Source of the DNA: Rhizodiscina lignyota
Lineage: Eukaryota
Length of the DNA: 64,000 bases
Assembly (NCBI GenBank): GCA_010015805.1
Contig: ML978128.1
Coordinates: 1-64,000 of the forward strand
Direction: 5' to 3'
The translations under genes were made by a program, and so were the position numbers. The notes under the pieces were generated by a model. The model had not been told where the DNA came from. It saw only the letters and a list, made by a program, of their open reading frames with translations, and did no database searches. Positions 49,254 to 59,862 of the stretch are shown one piece after another. Each line of letters begins with the position of its first letter. Position 1 is the stretch's first letter.

Positions 49254-50454
49254 CTTGCCAAACATTATGGATGACAAGCACCTTCGAGCATACCGTTTCA
49301 TGCGGCAGGAGTTTTTCTTCGTTTCGGACAGTCACTTCCGCGTCCCGCACGGGACATCTGCATCTAGGTGACCATGGTCGGGGGAAATCAGCTACCAGTC
49401 TCCGTTCTGTACTATTGGGCACTTTTTCTTTCTTGAATTTTCGAATGCGACTCTACTGTGTCAATACTTTCCCTCGTGTTCAAGGTGTTGCTTCTTTTTC
49501 GTTTTCAAAAATCCGGCGGGGAAAAACACATTCGGGCCGAGACCAAAAAGATTGATCTGGTTCCCGCTTTTTGCTACTAGGTTACATGCCTGGCGCAAGG
49601 TCAATGGGGAAAATTGGGACATGCCGTCAACTCTTATGGACTGGTATTCAGCGGTAGCATTTGCCGTGCGTGCGGTATGGTTTCGAGTCTGTAGTCAAGG
49701 AGGTCATTAGGGAATCGAATGACGATTGAATCGAGAGACCCCAAGTGTCTAAATTGTTTATCTTGCCCAACTGAGCTTCCTCTAGAGAGTGAAAGAGCCG
49801 CCTTAGCTTGCCTGAAGATCATCTAACGAGGACATTTGGTACATTATCGCGAACCTATGCGATCCCGGCGGTAGTACGTATGCGTCGTTCGTCGAAGACA
49901 CTTCGTCAACCGCTTGTTTCGCCCACCGCCGCAACTGCTTATTCCAGGTTTGATCCTTTACAAGCCGGTAAAACCCTTTGGATGATTTTAACGGCGGCAG
50001 AGAAGTGAATCGTGATGATCTGAAAATATCGAAGCGGCCCTGTCTATGTAGTGAGTGAGGATTCGAGGAGGTTTTATTCCCTACGGCTGATGAATAACCT
50101 GCTGCTTGCTCCTTTAGCGCCATAGTGCGTCGTCCACAGGAGCCTTAATGGTTAGAGTGATCGAGGTTGCCAAGCTCGGCGCTAAGACCACGGTGTTTTG
50201 TGAATGAGGTGAAGCTTTGAGTAACCTGCTCTCCCGAGATCTCTCTAAACACCCTGATCTGCTTCAAATACTTCTTTCTCTCTTCAAAAAGTTCGAACTT
50301 CTCTCCACTCAAGCATCTTTCCCGCTCTCAAATTCCATCTGCGCCGAATCGTTCACGTCGACCTCTCACATACCTTGCTTAAGAAGATTTCAATCGCTGG
50401 CATCCCCAGTTATAAGTCTTCTTAAACTCAGTTAACGAGCATTCCATTTGCAAC

Positions 50455-51531
50455 ATGTCCTTCCACCTTCCCTATCGCGGCCTGCCTCAAGAGCTGCTCG
50501 ATCAGATCTACGAGGAGCTGTTGTGCCCTCCCGCCGGCGTCGAGATCGCGTCAATGTGCTATATCAAGCGCTTCCAAAAGCAACATCGCCGCAGAATCCC
50601 TCAGTTACCGAGAAACCAATTTCCAACCTGTCTGCCGATACATAGTTTTTCGACTCCGTTAGGTCGACTTCCACAACCTGTCCAACAACAGAAGGCCATT
50701 AAGTTTGAGTCTGTCCGCAACAAACGACTGCATTACCCGGAGTCCTATGATGCACTGAGATGCGTTGTTCCCGTTGAAACGGCAATCTTCCGAACGAGCC
50801 GGAAGATGTCTGCTGCGGCCCTGGATTTGTTCTACAGTAAAAACGTTTTCGACTTCCACGCGGTTGACATCGTAGATACGCTGCTGCTTCTCGGAAGGAT
50901 TCCACTACAACATCGATCCAAGGTGAAGAATATCCGTCTGATCGGCACCTTTCCAATGATCGACCTGCTTAAATGCGGGAAAATCATAGCCCTTCTGCCC
51001 AGCCTAGTCAGAGTTGAGGTTCCTATGGGTGATGTTAGAGCACAATATATCTACGGAGAGCAAGGATTCGATAACAATTTCAATTTCTCAAACCGAGATC
51101 GGGCTCGAGCGCTGGAGACATATCTCATGATAAAGACGTGGAAGATGCTGATTCTGAGAAAGTCGCAGCAAGAGTTCCGCTTCACCTACACTTTACACTA
51201 TCCGGATCAGGACTCTGAGAGAACATTCAGACTCATCAGCAAATTCAGGGAGATTGAGGTCTCGCGATATCGAGTACGTGGGCCGCACGGTATCCAACAA
51301 AGTTCCGGAAAAAACTTGACAGCGGACGTTCAAGTGACAAAAGGGCCGACCGGAGAGGCGCATATCTCCATCATACTTCGTCGAGAGCAGCACGAGAGTC
51401 CAAATGAAGAGGAGGCGACGGCAGAGCTGCTCCAGGAGATTAGAGAGAAAAATGCTCGCATCCTGGAGATTCATTGGGTCATCGAAACTTTGAAAAGAAC
51501 AGCTCAGGTCGCCTCTGAAATTCATGCTTGA
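50455..51531 (+). CDS. F-box-like hypothetical protein, 'PYRGLP' family member 2
   Basis: MSFHLPYRGLPQELLDQIYEELLCPP; AIFRTSRKMSAAALDLFYSKNVFDF; coiled-coil end. Confidence 0.8.
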   Translation: MSFHLPYRGLPQELLDQIYEELLCPPAGVEIASMCYIKRFQKQHRRRIPQLPRNQFPTCLPIHSFSTPLGRLPQPVQQQKAIKFESVRNKRLHYPESYDALRCVVPVETAIFRTSRKMSAAALDLFYSKNVFDFHAVDIVDTLLLLGRIPLQHRSKVKNIRLIGTFPMIDLLKCGKIIALLPSLVRVEVPMGDVRAQYIYGEQGFDNNFNFSNRDRARALETYLMIKTWKMLILRKSQQEFRFTYTLHYPDQDSERTFRLISKFREIEVSRYRVRGPHGIQQSSGKNLTADVQVTKGPTGEAHISIILRREQHESPNEEEATAELLQEIREKNARILEIHWVIETLKRTAQVASEIHA

Positions 51532-51863
51532 CTCTAGCATTGCCCAGGTTAGTTTAGGAGAGCGTCATGGGACAACTGAACGAAAGTGCAAAACTAGGAG
51601 AGCGATATGAAGGAGATTCTATGAGTCCAAGAAGGCAAGGAGGCTCGGGGGGAAACAAGCCGCCTCATATGCGGCTAACTGAAAATGGAGTTAGCGTTCA
51701 TTTCGAGCGAAGACGTCAAGTCTTCAAGTCTATTATTAAGTACCTCTGGGCTTCATCTTAAGGATTCCATATCACGTTTGCAAATTGTATACCTTCTTTG
51801 TTGACAATGTGACGAGAACTGTTATGATCCCAAGTGAGACGACAAGAGGCATCGTAACCCACC

Positions 51864-52805
51864 ATGGTGATTCGCCATCAAATCTCCAGATACTGTGTCG
51901 ATCACCTGCATCTTCTTTATGCACCACGGATAGCCTCCCAATTGGCATCCAGACCACCAGCAACTAGATCCCTCTATCGAGGATATCCTCGTCGTTTATT
52001 TAGATCATCCGCCGCAATGTCAGCAACGAGTGACTGGAGCTCATCCCAGTACTTGAAATTCGAGGCGGAGCGCACACGACCGTCACGAGACCTTCTGGCT
52101 CAAGTCCCTCTGGAATTCCCTGAGACCATCGTGGATCTTGGCTGCGGGCCAGGGAACTCTACCGCTGTTATTGCTGCGAGGTATCCGGATTCCCGCATCA
52201 CGGGAATGGATTCATCGCCGGACATGATCAAGAAAGCCAAAGCTACTCTGCCCAACATCGAATTCACCCTCGGTGATCTGCACACATATCCTCCAAAAGA
52301 GCCGACAGATCTATTCTTCACCAATGCTGTTTTCCAATGGGTTCCATATGCCGATCGTATCCCAATCATCAAGAGACTCATTCAAACTCAATCCTCCGGT
52401 GGTGTATTTGCATTGCAGGTCCCGGACAATGCAAACGAACCCTCTCATGCAGGTATGCGGATAGCAGCTCTAGAGGGACCATGGGCAAAGACCTTGAGCG
52501 GCCGCAGAACAGCATTGGATCCTTTCCAGACGCCGCAAGAACTGTACGATGAGATCAAACCGCTCTGCTCGAGTCTTGATATCTGGCACACGAACTACGA
52601 GCACGTTTTGGATGACCACTGGGCTGTTGTGGAATGGGTAAAGGGGACCGGCCTGCGGCCATTCGTCGATCCTCTTTCGGAGGTGGAGAAGGAGGGCTTC
52701 TTGAAAGCATATTTGGAGCGAATCAAGAAAGCGTATCCTGCGCAGTACGACGGGAAAGTACTTCTACGATATCCGCGACTCTTCATGGTGGCCGTGCGAG
52801 CATAA
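51864..52805 (+). CDS. tam: Trans-aconitate 2-methyltransferase (bacterial Tam type); intronless; alternative start at 52017
   Basis: DW...QYLKFEAERTRPSRDLL, SAM motif VDLGCGPGNST, GMDSSPDMI, NAVFQWVP, LQVPDN..EPSH, VVEWVKGTGLRPF, GKVLLRYPRLFMVA. Confidence 0.92.
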   Translation: MVIRHQISRYCVDHLHLLYAPRIASQLASRPPATRSLYRGYPRRLFRSSAAMSATSDWSSSQYLKFEAERTRPSRDLLAQVPLEFPETIVDLGCGPGNSTAVIAARYPDSRITGMDSSPDMIKKAKATLPNIEFTLGDLHTYPPKEPTDLFFTNAVFQWVPYADRIPIIKRLIQTQSSGGVFALQVPDNANEPSHAGMRIAALEGPWAKTLSGRRTALDPFQTPQELYDEIKPLCSSLDIWHTNYEHVLDDHWAVVEWVKGTGLRPFVDPLSEVEKEGFLKAYLERIKKAYPAQYDGKVLLRYPRLFMVAVRA

Positions 52806-53415
52806 AGCATTTCGTCAAACGCTTCTGTGGTACAGTTTGCTTTCAATTTTTCGAATGCGAAGCATATTGCCAATTAGACAAGTACTATGGGGAGGTGAAA
52901 AAGACGAGAAAAAAAAGAGAATTTGATTTCCGCGAGAGTCGAACCCTTCGTAGGAAAGGGCAAAAAAACCTGAACCCCCCAGTCCGTCTCAACGAGGACT
53001 CAGCCCCTAAGGGCAAGAGGGGCCACGATAAACTCAGCATTACCTGATGTTTTCCCAACCAGTGCTCGAAAGCACAGGGATTAGAATACGCGAGTTGTAC
53101 ATATAACACAGTATGAAAAATAGCACATACAGGCTGCAGGCATCCCCGGCTCTATCAATACGCCATGTCTCCTCTCTAATTACCTCTTCGGCAACGCAGA
53201 TTAGCTACTTCAGTTCTACGTTTCAACACTTCAACTCGACTACTTCAACTCAATTACTTCAACTCAACTCTCTCTTACCTACACCCCTTCACTTTCAGAC
53301 AGCCCGACTTCATCCGAGTTATCCAACTCTCAGTGCGATTCTAAACCTCTCTCACAGTATCGACAAGTGTATTTTGCCGGAAACCCGGCACACGAGCACG
53401 CGATCCTTACGAACA

Positions 53416-54220
53416 ATGCCATATTATCTTCCATATCGCGCGCGGCCTTCCTCAAGAGCTCCGAGACTTGATCTACGAAGCTCTTCTCTGCCTACCAGGC
53501 GGCCTCGAATTCGTACCAAGATGCACAATTACCCAATACAAGCTAGGAGTTGTTCATTTCAAGCTGGTGCGGAGTTTGGCACATGACAGGTCACAGTACT
53601 CTTCCTGAACTCCAGTTCGAACTAATTATGCTGAGTCGGAGTGGGTATTTCTTTCTCGTAAAATGCAATCATATTTAAGAAACGCTTCTCTTTCGATCTA
53701 ACCAAAGCTATCTCGTTTCTCTCGGCCCTAGCAGCCGGCCAACTTCTTCAGTCGCCTTCGTCGCCCAACTACTCAGGAAACCAGCGCCCACGTACTCCTC
53801 CACGCGCTCGTAGAATGCCGCTCCCAAAAGTTCTCGAAGAATTGCGCATCGCGCACCGCTCGTCCATAATTTTGGGTATACGTAGTGCAGTCTGCGCGGC
53901 TTTCACACACTGCAGCAATGAACGCTCCTTCTCATGCTCGGCCACAGTACGAAGAGGCGTATCACATTCCGTAACCCATAAAACCCCCTGGACGGCCATC
54001 CGACTCGGACAAAAGTCCTTTCGTGAACCATCGGCGGAGGATCATTCCATCTCGTGGATTCATCATGTTTGCCACGTCGCTTCGCATCCTGGGCGAGTAT
54101 GTCCCTGGCAATGGAATAACACACCTAATAGAACAAAATGCATACCGGACAGATGTAAGGAGGCTTGCGGTCGAGGAGTCGAAGCTCGTTCGCCCAATCG
54201 ATCGACGCTGTCGAATATGA
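53416..54220 (+). pseudogene. Pseudogene, 'PYRGLP' family member 3 (3' limit approximate)
   Basis: MPYYLPYR, then a 4-nt insertion in a CG run (53437-53444), then GLPQELRDLIYEALLCLPGGLE in the shifted frame; stop at 53606; KRFSFDLTKAISFLSAL in another frame. Confidence 0.75.
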
Positions 54221-56362
54221 TACAGAACAGGTCGTATATACAAAATGGTGTCTGGAGAAGTGAGCAGTCCATGTGTCCCTGCCTCAAAAAGGTGAACATG
54301 TCGTGAATATGGTTGCCAGAAAAGTAGTGCGCTCAACAAGGCAATGAGATGGACAGAGGCAGATTGTCGTTTGCCATTAGTCGAGAGATGCTCTCGCTCG
54401 TGCTGAAGAATAGAACGGCTTCTTACTGCAGCCGTTCACTTGAGCGGCCCAGCTCTTTTGCCACCCGCATGTCTACGAAGAGCAACAAGTCGAGTGCTTC
54501 GTACGCAGCACAAAGGTTTCAGAAGAGCAAATAATGATGAACTGAAGAAGTCGGATATTCAAAGCTTTCAAAATCTCTCTCACATGGTAGCACAGTAGTT
54601 CGTCACTTGTGAAGTAACAACTGACCCTTGCTTATGGCCAGGCTATATTTGGGCACTCTCCGAAGATAGATCTCTTTATACTTTTGATACTATCTACGAT
54701 AGAATTTCTAATAATGCATGGATTGTTGAAGAGCGCTAGTGCCCTAAATTCGAATTCTATATGCAAACACCATCGTGGTTGGAAATAGGGAGAATCACTG
54801 CTCAGCGGATCGTTTGGTGCCCAACGTGCTTGGCAGACATTCATAGATTTAATTTGCGAGGCACGGGACCACGGGTGGAATGAATCGAAGGTGCAAGACT
54901 TGAGAAGTCAAGGCGCCAAGCGACGGTAGATAACGGCACGGTGCCGACTATCATACGAAGTAGACGACGCTTAACCTCTCTCAACAGACTCTGGGTTGTA
55001 CGTTGTCTGCCTAAGAGATGGGGTAGGATCTGTATCGAACCCATATCTGTACAACTGCATTAGCGCTGCAGCATTGCTATTTGCGGGACAGACTCGTGAA
55101 AGGACGAAGTTGAGGTATCGCAGATGGGATCAAGACATAATTGAACTGCCGACGGCTTCTCGACCAAGACAGTGCAAAAGAGACACTTCTGGAATGGTTA
55201 GAAGTAAATTCTCTCGATCCAGACAATGTTGAAGGCTTATTCATCGAGCAGCGCAGTGCAGCAGACTTTCTTAGTCCTTATCACAGCTTACGAGCTGCAG
55301 CGCATGGAACCTATATTGAGCAATTCGAGGAATCCAGCCGGATGTAGTCGCGAAGAAGTCGCAATTTGGGGCATATAAAGGCCTCTCTGGCCCAAAGTGG
55401 AATGTCACTGATTTTGCAGGATTCGTGTGTGGTTAACCGTCTCGACAGTCGCCTCTGCGGAACAATGGGGTCTGGAGGCGAAGAATCTTCCAGGCCAATA
55501 AGGGTAAGGGTCCCGCTCAGCCGCGAGAGATTAAAATAAAACATCTGGGGTTCGAGCCTGCCCTGTCGTAGAGACAGGGACGGTGACACAGCATTTAGCC
55601 GGGAATGCCTGTGATTGCGCAAGTTGCACGCGCAAAATGCAGCCTTTGAAAATGTGAAGAATGCCCCAGCGCTTCGCGGGAGGTATGGTCTCGGTGCAAA
55701 GGAGCAATAAGACGGCAGTGGATGCTCGAGACTAACTGAAGGAGACTTTTGCGACGCCGCTCAGGGGAAAGCTGAAGTGACGGGATGTTTTGACGTACAG
55801 GTTGAAACAGGGTCTGTCGAGTCAAGGAGGCTCGAATGCACTCGAAACAGCCCGGAATGAGGATCCAAGGCCTGCCGCGCAAGTCTCGCCGACGTCTCTC
55901 TGTGCATTCGGGAGGCGTGGGATATCGGTCGCGCAAAGTCGGCGCCGGGGCGAGGCGTAGGCTTTGAAGGGTATTCCGTGAGGCGAGAAGGACGGAAATG
56001 CAGCGTAAGTACAGATACGAAGGATTCATCAGCTCGGTGCAACACGTTTGGAGGTACTGCAGCCATGTGCAGCGGATCGGATGCTTGCGTCAGACAGGCT
56101 GCTCAGCTTTGCCGTAATACGGAGGCTCGGAGTGTGGGACTACTGCATGTGGTGAGACTGGGTGTTGCTGTTGCTGAATGTCACCAACCTTAACCGCTCC
56201 TATTGCGCGCCGAAAGGGGCTAGCGCGTGCGCGGCTGCGCCCCTTGCTGGGCTCGCTTGACGTACAAATAAAGCACGAGGCGCCCGCGGAGCGTTGAAAG
56301 GGACAGCTGGCCTCTCCCCAAGGCTGCCATACTCTATTTCTCTTTGCCGTCACTCTCCAACA

Positions 56363-56434
56363 ATGTTCCCACCTGTCAACAACCATCAACATGGAGACGA
56401 ACATGTCGCTCTCCCCGATCGAGTCTTTCCTTGA
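56363..56434 (+). promoter_or_regulatory. Out-of-frame uORF (23 aa) overlapping the HAC1 start codons
   Basis: ATG at 56363 (ACAATGT) to TGA at 56432-56434; spans the ATGs at 56391 and 56403. Confidence 0.5.
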
Positions 56435-57770
56435 CGCTTCTTCCTCTCTTGAGAACAGCACCGCCGCCGAAATGTTCGCCACCTCCATCCCCTCGATCAA
56501 AATCGAGGAGCCGTCCACATCGACCATCACCCCTGACCTCTTGCATCTCCCCTCCTCCTCCTCACCAGCCCCAGAGAACCTCAAGACCGAGTCAAGAGCG
56601 GTCAAGAAGAGGAAGTCATGGGGTCAAGTCCTCCCAGAGCCGAAGACGACTCTTCCCCCTCGCAAACGCGCCAAGACCGCCGACGAGAAGGAGCAGCGTC
56701 GAATAGAGCGTGTCAAGCGCAATCGCCTCGCCGCCCACAATTCGCGCGAGCGCAAACGCGAGGAGATGGACAAGCTCCAAATCGTGAATGACGGCCTCGT
56801 CGCCCAACTGGCTGCGATGCAAAAGCAAATGGCGCAACTCCAGGAAGAGCTCAAGCAGTTCCGAGCAGGAAAGACTCCTGCTATTTCGTCATTCGACTTC
56901 TCTACTACATCCGTCCCATCAACCTCACCCGCCATGACCGCCGTCACCGACGCCAACATCCTCACAACGCCCGAGCTTGGCAACCTCGACTCACCAATGT
57001 CCCACGTCGACGACTTCTCCGGCCCACCAACTCCAGATCCGGAACAGGGCCTGCCTGAGCAGAGCTTCCTCGAATCGACACAACAATCTGCAGCATTGTT
57101 GTGCGACCTGCAGTGTCATTCGAGCAAGCCTGCCTCTCGCAGTCTCTCTTCCCGTCAATGCCCACCATCTCAAACAAGCAGCCCGTCCCTCAGCTCCCTG
57201 AGTTTGACGGCACTGCTCACCATGTTCCTCAACATTCAACTCTTTCTTTCGACCTATTCGACAATTTCCTCAACCTTGACCCGGAGCATTCACAGCATCC
57301 CACAAATGCTGGCAGCACTGTCTATCACGCCAGCAGCAACGTCAACGATCATGTCTTCCCGGACTCTCCGCAGTCACTTGGCACTGACTTACTTGATGAC
57401 CATGCTAGCGAGACTTCAGACTTCCTCAACATCCTCGCCGACCCAGGCGCACCTCTTCATGGTAGCGACGGGTCTGGCTTCGGCACTGAGGCAGGAGATT
57501 TCTCGCAGCTACTCTCACTCGAGAACGTCGGTGTCTAAGCGGCATCGGGTGGATTCGGGGGCTGATCCTAGAGCAACAAGACTTGTGGATCGGGATGCCC
57601 GGCGACGGAGAAGGAGAGAAGCGAGACGTCAATTAAGGGTGTCAAGAACAAAGGGGGAAATACACGAGAGGTGCGATAGTTTGTTAGGTTGCAGCGCAAG
57701 GGAGTCGCGAAGAAGAGCTCAGCGGCATCTTTTGGAGCTGAAGGTCCTCAGTCGGGGTGTCAGGCGTTGA
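56391..57770 (+). CDS. HAC1: UPR bZIP transcription factor HacA/Hac1; unspliced form 459 aa (to 57770), Ire1-spliced form 375 aa (to 57538)
   Basis: KKRKSWGQVLPEPKTTLPPRKRAKTADEKEQRRIERVKRNRLAAHNSRERKR bZIP plus the non-canonical 20-nt intron. Confidence 0.96.
   Translation: METNMSLSPIESFLDASSSLENSTAAEMFATSIPSIKIEEPSTSTITPDLLHLPSSSSPAPENLKTESRAVKKRKSWGQVLPEPKTTLPPRKRAKTADEKEQRRIERVKRNRLAAHNSRERKREEMDKLQIVNDGLVAQLAAMQKQMAQLQEELKQFRAGKTPAISSFDFSTTSVPSTSPAMTAVTDANILTTPELGNLDSPMSHVDDFSGPPTPDPEQGLPEQSFLESTQQSAALLCDLQCHSSKPASRSLSSRQCPPSQTSSPSLSSLSLTALLTMFLNIQLFLSTYSTISSTLTRSIHSIPQMLAALSITPAATSTIMSSRTLRSHLALTYLMTMLARLQTSSTSSPTQAHLFMVATGLASALRQEISRSYSHSRTSVSKRHRVDSGADPRATRLVDRDARRRRRREARRQLRVSRTKGEIHERCDSLLGCSARESRRRAQRHLLELKVLSRGVRR
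57091..57110 (+). other. Ire1-cleaved non-spliceosomal intron (20 nt)
   Basis: CTG|CAGCATTGTTGTGCGACCTG|CAG; both CNG|CAGN sites lie in 7-nt loops (CACAACAAT-CTGCAGC-ATTGTTGTG; GAC-CTGCAGT-GTC). Confidence 0.95.
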
Positions 57771-58234
57771 TGGGTCTCACATCAGGTTCTGTTGCTGGTG
57801 CTGGAGGATGCTTGGGTAATACTCTTGAGTATCCTTAAAAAGCATGTACACTAGCAAATGGATTATACACTTATGTGCTACGGCTTAACTTTCTTCGTTT
57901 CCGTTGTACCATTTGTGACGACCTAAATACTGGACGAAGTTCATTGCCGTCCCAAACGTGTCCCTTCGAAAACAACGACTGAATATAACTGTACAGAGTC
58001 AATATTTATGATGACGATCATTACTTCTTTCCTCCCTTTTGCAATTCATGCGTCTCCACTCTCGATCAGACAACAGGACCCAGCGATGACATATGAATGA
58101 CGTCGTTTACGTACTTGCATCAAACCTATGTAGATATAAAACCTCCGCTGAACCTCACGCGACCAATCTAAATCCCATCACAACCATCAAATCCAATCAA
58201 TTGAATATCCACCCAAACGATCATCACAATCAAA

Positions 58235-58526
58235 ATGCCTCGCGACGGATCTGGCGCATCAGACAATGCCATCGAGGCCGGAGAGAATTTGACACACGGC
58301 GTGGGCAAGGAAGAGGTACATGGCAATATATATTTTTTTATTTAGGAAAAATGTTCTTGGAGAGAGCAATCTGACTGTGTTACAGACATCTAAAGTCGCA
58401 CGCGCCGACAAGGTTGCAGAGATGCCAGAGCCAGAGAAGGGCAAGGCCCTCGAGGGGATGAATGCGTCTGGTGGAGGTAGTGCGAATCCCACGAATCCTG
58501 AAGGTCAGGGAGGACGGAGGTCGTGA
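58235..58526 (+). CDS. Small hydrophilic protein (73 aa, MPRDGSGASDNAIEAGENLTHG...); intron 58316-58385
   Basis: TATAAA at 58135, strong CAAAATG context, GTACAT..CTGAC..CAG intron keeps the frame; G/E/S/A-rich with no aromatic residues. Confidence 0.8.
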
Positions 58527-58746
58527 TTGGGAAGGGTCGAAGTGCGACAGTTAGCCAGAACAAGATCTGGGAAGAAAATGTCGGAGACCGTGGTTTTGCT
58601 CACAGGTCGAAAGTGTGGAGGGGAACTCCGCGAAGTCGAATAAAACTCAATAGATTCAGTTCTACGGTATCTGAAGGTTTAAAGCATTCTGTCCAAGCAT
58701 TTGCGCCAGTTCTTTACTATTACAAGAGTTTTCGTTCCATCATCGC

Positions 58747-59862
58747 TTACGGGCCTTCGGGGGCCGCGCTGCTCGCCAAGTTGCACTGCCGGAAGATCCT
58801 CACTTCATCCGGCGCGAATGCTCCAACAACGGAGTGGATAACGCCCTGATTGTTGAACAGAACCATGTCACCTTCCTCCCAATCATGTGCGTAGACAAGC
58901 TCCGGTGCAATGCCAGGCCGCTGCAGCTTGTAAACAATCTCCCTGACCTTCTTGAGGTCGTCAATGACGGTCCCATCCTTCAGGTGCAGCTTCTCTACTG
59001 CAGACGGATGGACTTGCAGTGCCAGCTGACCGGTCACTGGGTTCTTCCAGCACATCGGGAGCACGAGAACCTTGCTCTCGTCAATTGGTGGAAGATCGGA
59101 CTTTGGGATTTCGAGGCCGTCGGAGACCAAGCCCAGACCGGTGGAAAGAGACTTCGCACCACTCATCCAGATGTAGGGATGCGCGGCATATTCAACCTTC
59201 GTCGTGCGGACAAACTCCTTGTCCTCTTCGGACAGGATATCGTACATGGTGTAGCCCGATGCAAATGCCGTTGTGCCAAGAGGCACCGCCATCTCATCGC
59301 CAGTGCCATCGTCGTACCGCAGCGTCTGGGTGCGGCCCTTTGGAACCTTGACAGCCATGAGGGAAGTCACTCGCGGTGGCTGCAGGTCATAGAGGGCTGC
59401 ATCGATGTGCCATCGGTAGAAGCGTGTGAAGTCCAGGTCCTCTTCCTCCGGAATGGCCGTCTTGTGGAAAGTCTTGTGGTGTGGGTGTTTGAGCTGAATG
59501 TTCTTAAGGCCCTCGAACTCTTCGACGAATCCGTTGCCGATGACCTGGACCTGTGGCTGGTGCGGGATGGTCTTCAGGTCTGGGTGCAGGATGCTGCGCT
59601 TTGCGTCGAGCGTCTTTCCGTGTCCATAATTCTCAGATTGGGGATCGAAGCGCTGTGTCAGTTCGTACTGCGCTTTTGGTGTGGCGTGTGCTTGGTCCTT
59701 GAGGACAAGGACGGAGTGCTCGTAGAGTGCATTGCGGATGACGTCCCAGTCTTCTGCTGAGAGGTTGTTCACATCGAGATTTGTTGCCACCGCGCCGAGG
59801 TTGCGGCGGGAGTTTGGCTGCTGAGGGATAGGTGTGACTTCGATCGATGAACCGATGGACAT
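58747..59862 (-). CDS. xanA: Alpha-ketoglutarate-dependent xanthine dioxygenase (TauD/TfdA family)
   Basis: SILHPDLKTIPHQPQVQVIGNG, LKHPHHKTFH, TRFYRWHIDAALY (HxD), VPLGTTAF.SG, YAHDWEEGD.VLFNN.GV.HSVVGAF. Confidence 0.92.
   Translation of the reverse strand: MSIGSSIEVTPIPQQPNSRRNLGAVATNLDVNNLSAEDWDVIRNALYEHSVLVLKDQAHATPKAQYELTQRFDPQSENYGHGKTLDAKRSILHPDLKTIPHQPQVQVIGNGFVEEFEGLKNIQLKHPHHKTFHKTAIPEEEDLDFTRFYRWHIDAALYDLQPPRVTSLMAVKVPKGRTQTLRYDDGTGDEMAVPLGTTAFASGYTMYDILSEEDKEFVRTTKVEYAAHPYIWMSGAKSLSTGLGLVSDGLEIPKSDLPPIDESKVLVLPMCWKNPVTGQLALQVHPSAVEKLHLKDGTVIDDLKKVREIVYKLQRPGIAPELVYAHDWEEGDMVLFNNQGVIHSVVGAFAPDEVRIFRQCNLASSAAPEGP

Noticed and set aside
49634..50123. Two adjacent short minus-strand ORFs, possibly an eroded gene
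   Set aside because: No recognisable motif or splice structure; cannot be supported as a feature
53205..53270. Short imperfect ACTTCAACT repeats
   Set aside because: Low-complexity 5'-leader sequence, with no spacers or CRISPR-like structure
56300..56313. UPRE-like GGACAGCTGGCCT upstream of HAC1 (autoregulation)
   Set aside because: Spacing differs from the recalled UPRE consensus; too weak to call
58834..59760. 308-aa plus-strand ORF (and similar long antisense ORFs at 11968-12864, 27083-27895, 2014-2727)
   Set aside because: Antisense shadows of well-supported genes, caused by codon bias
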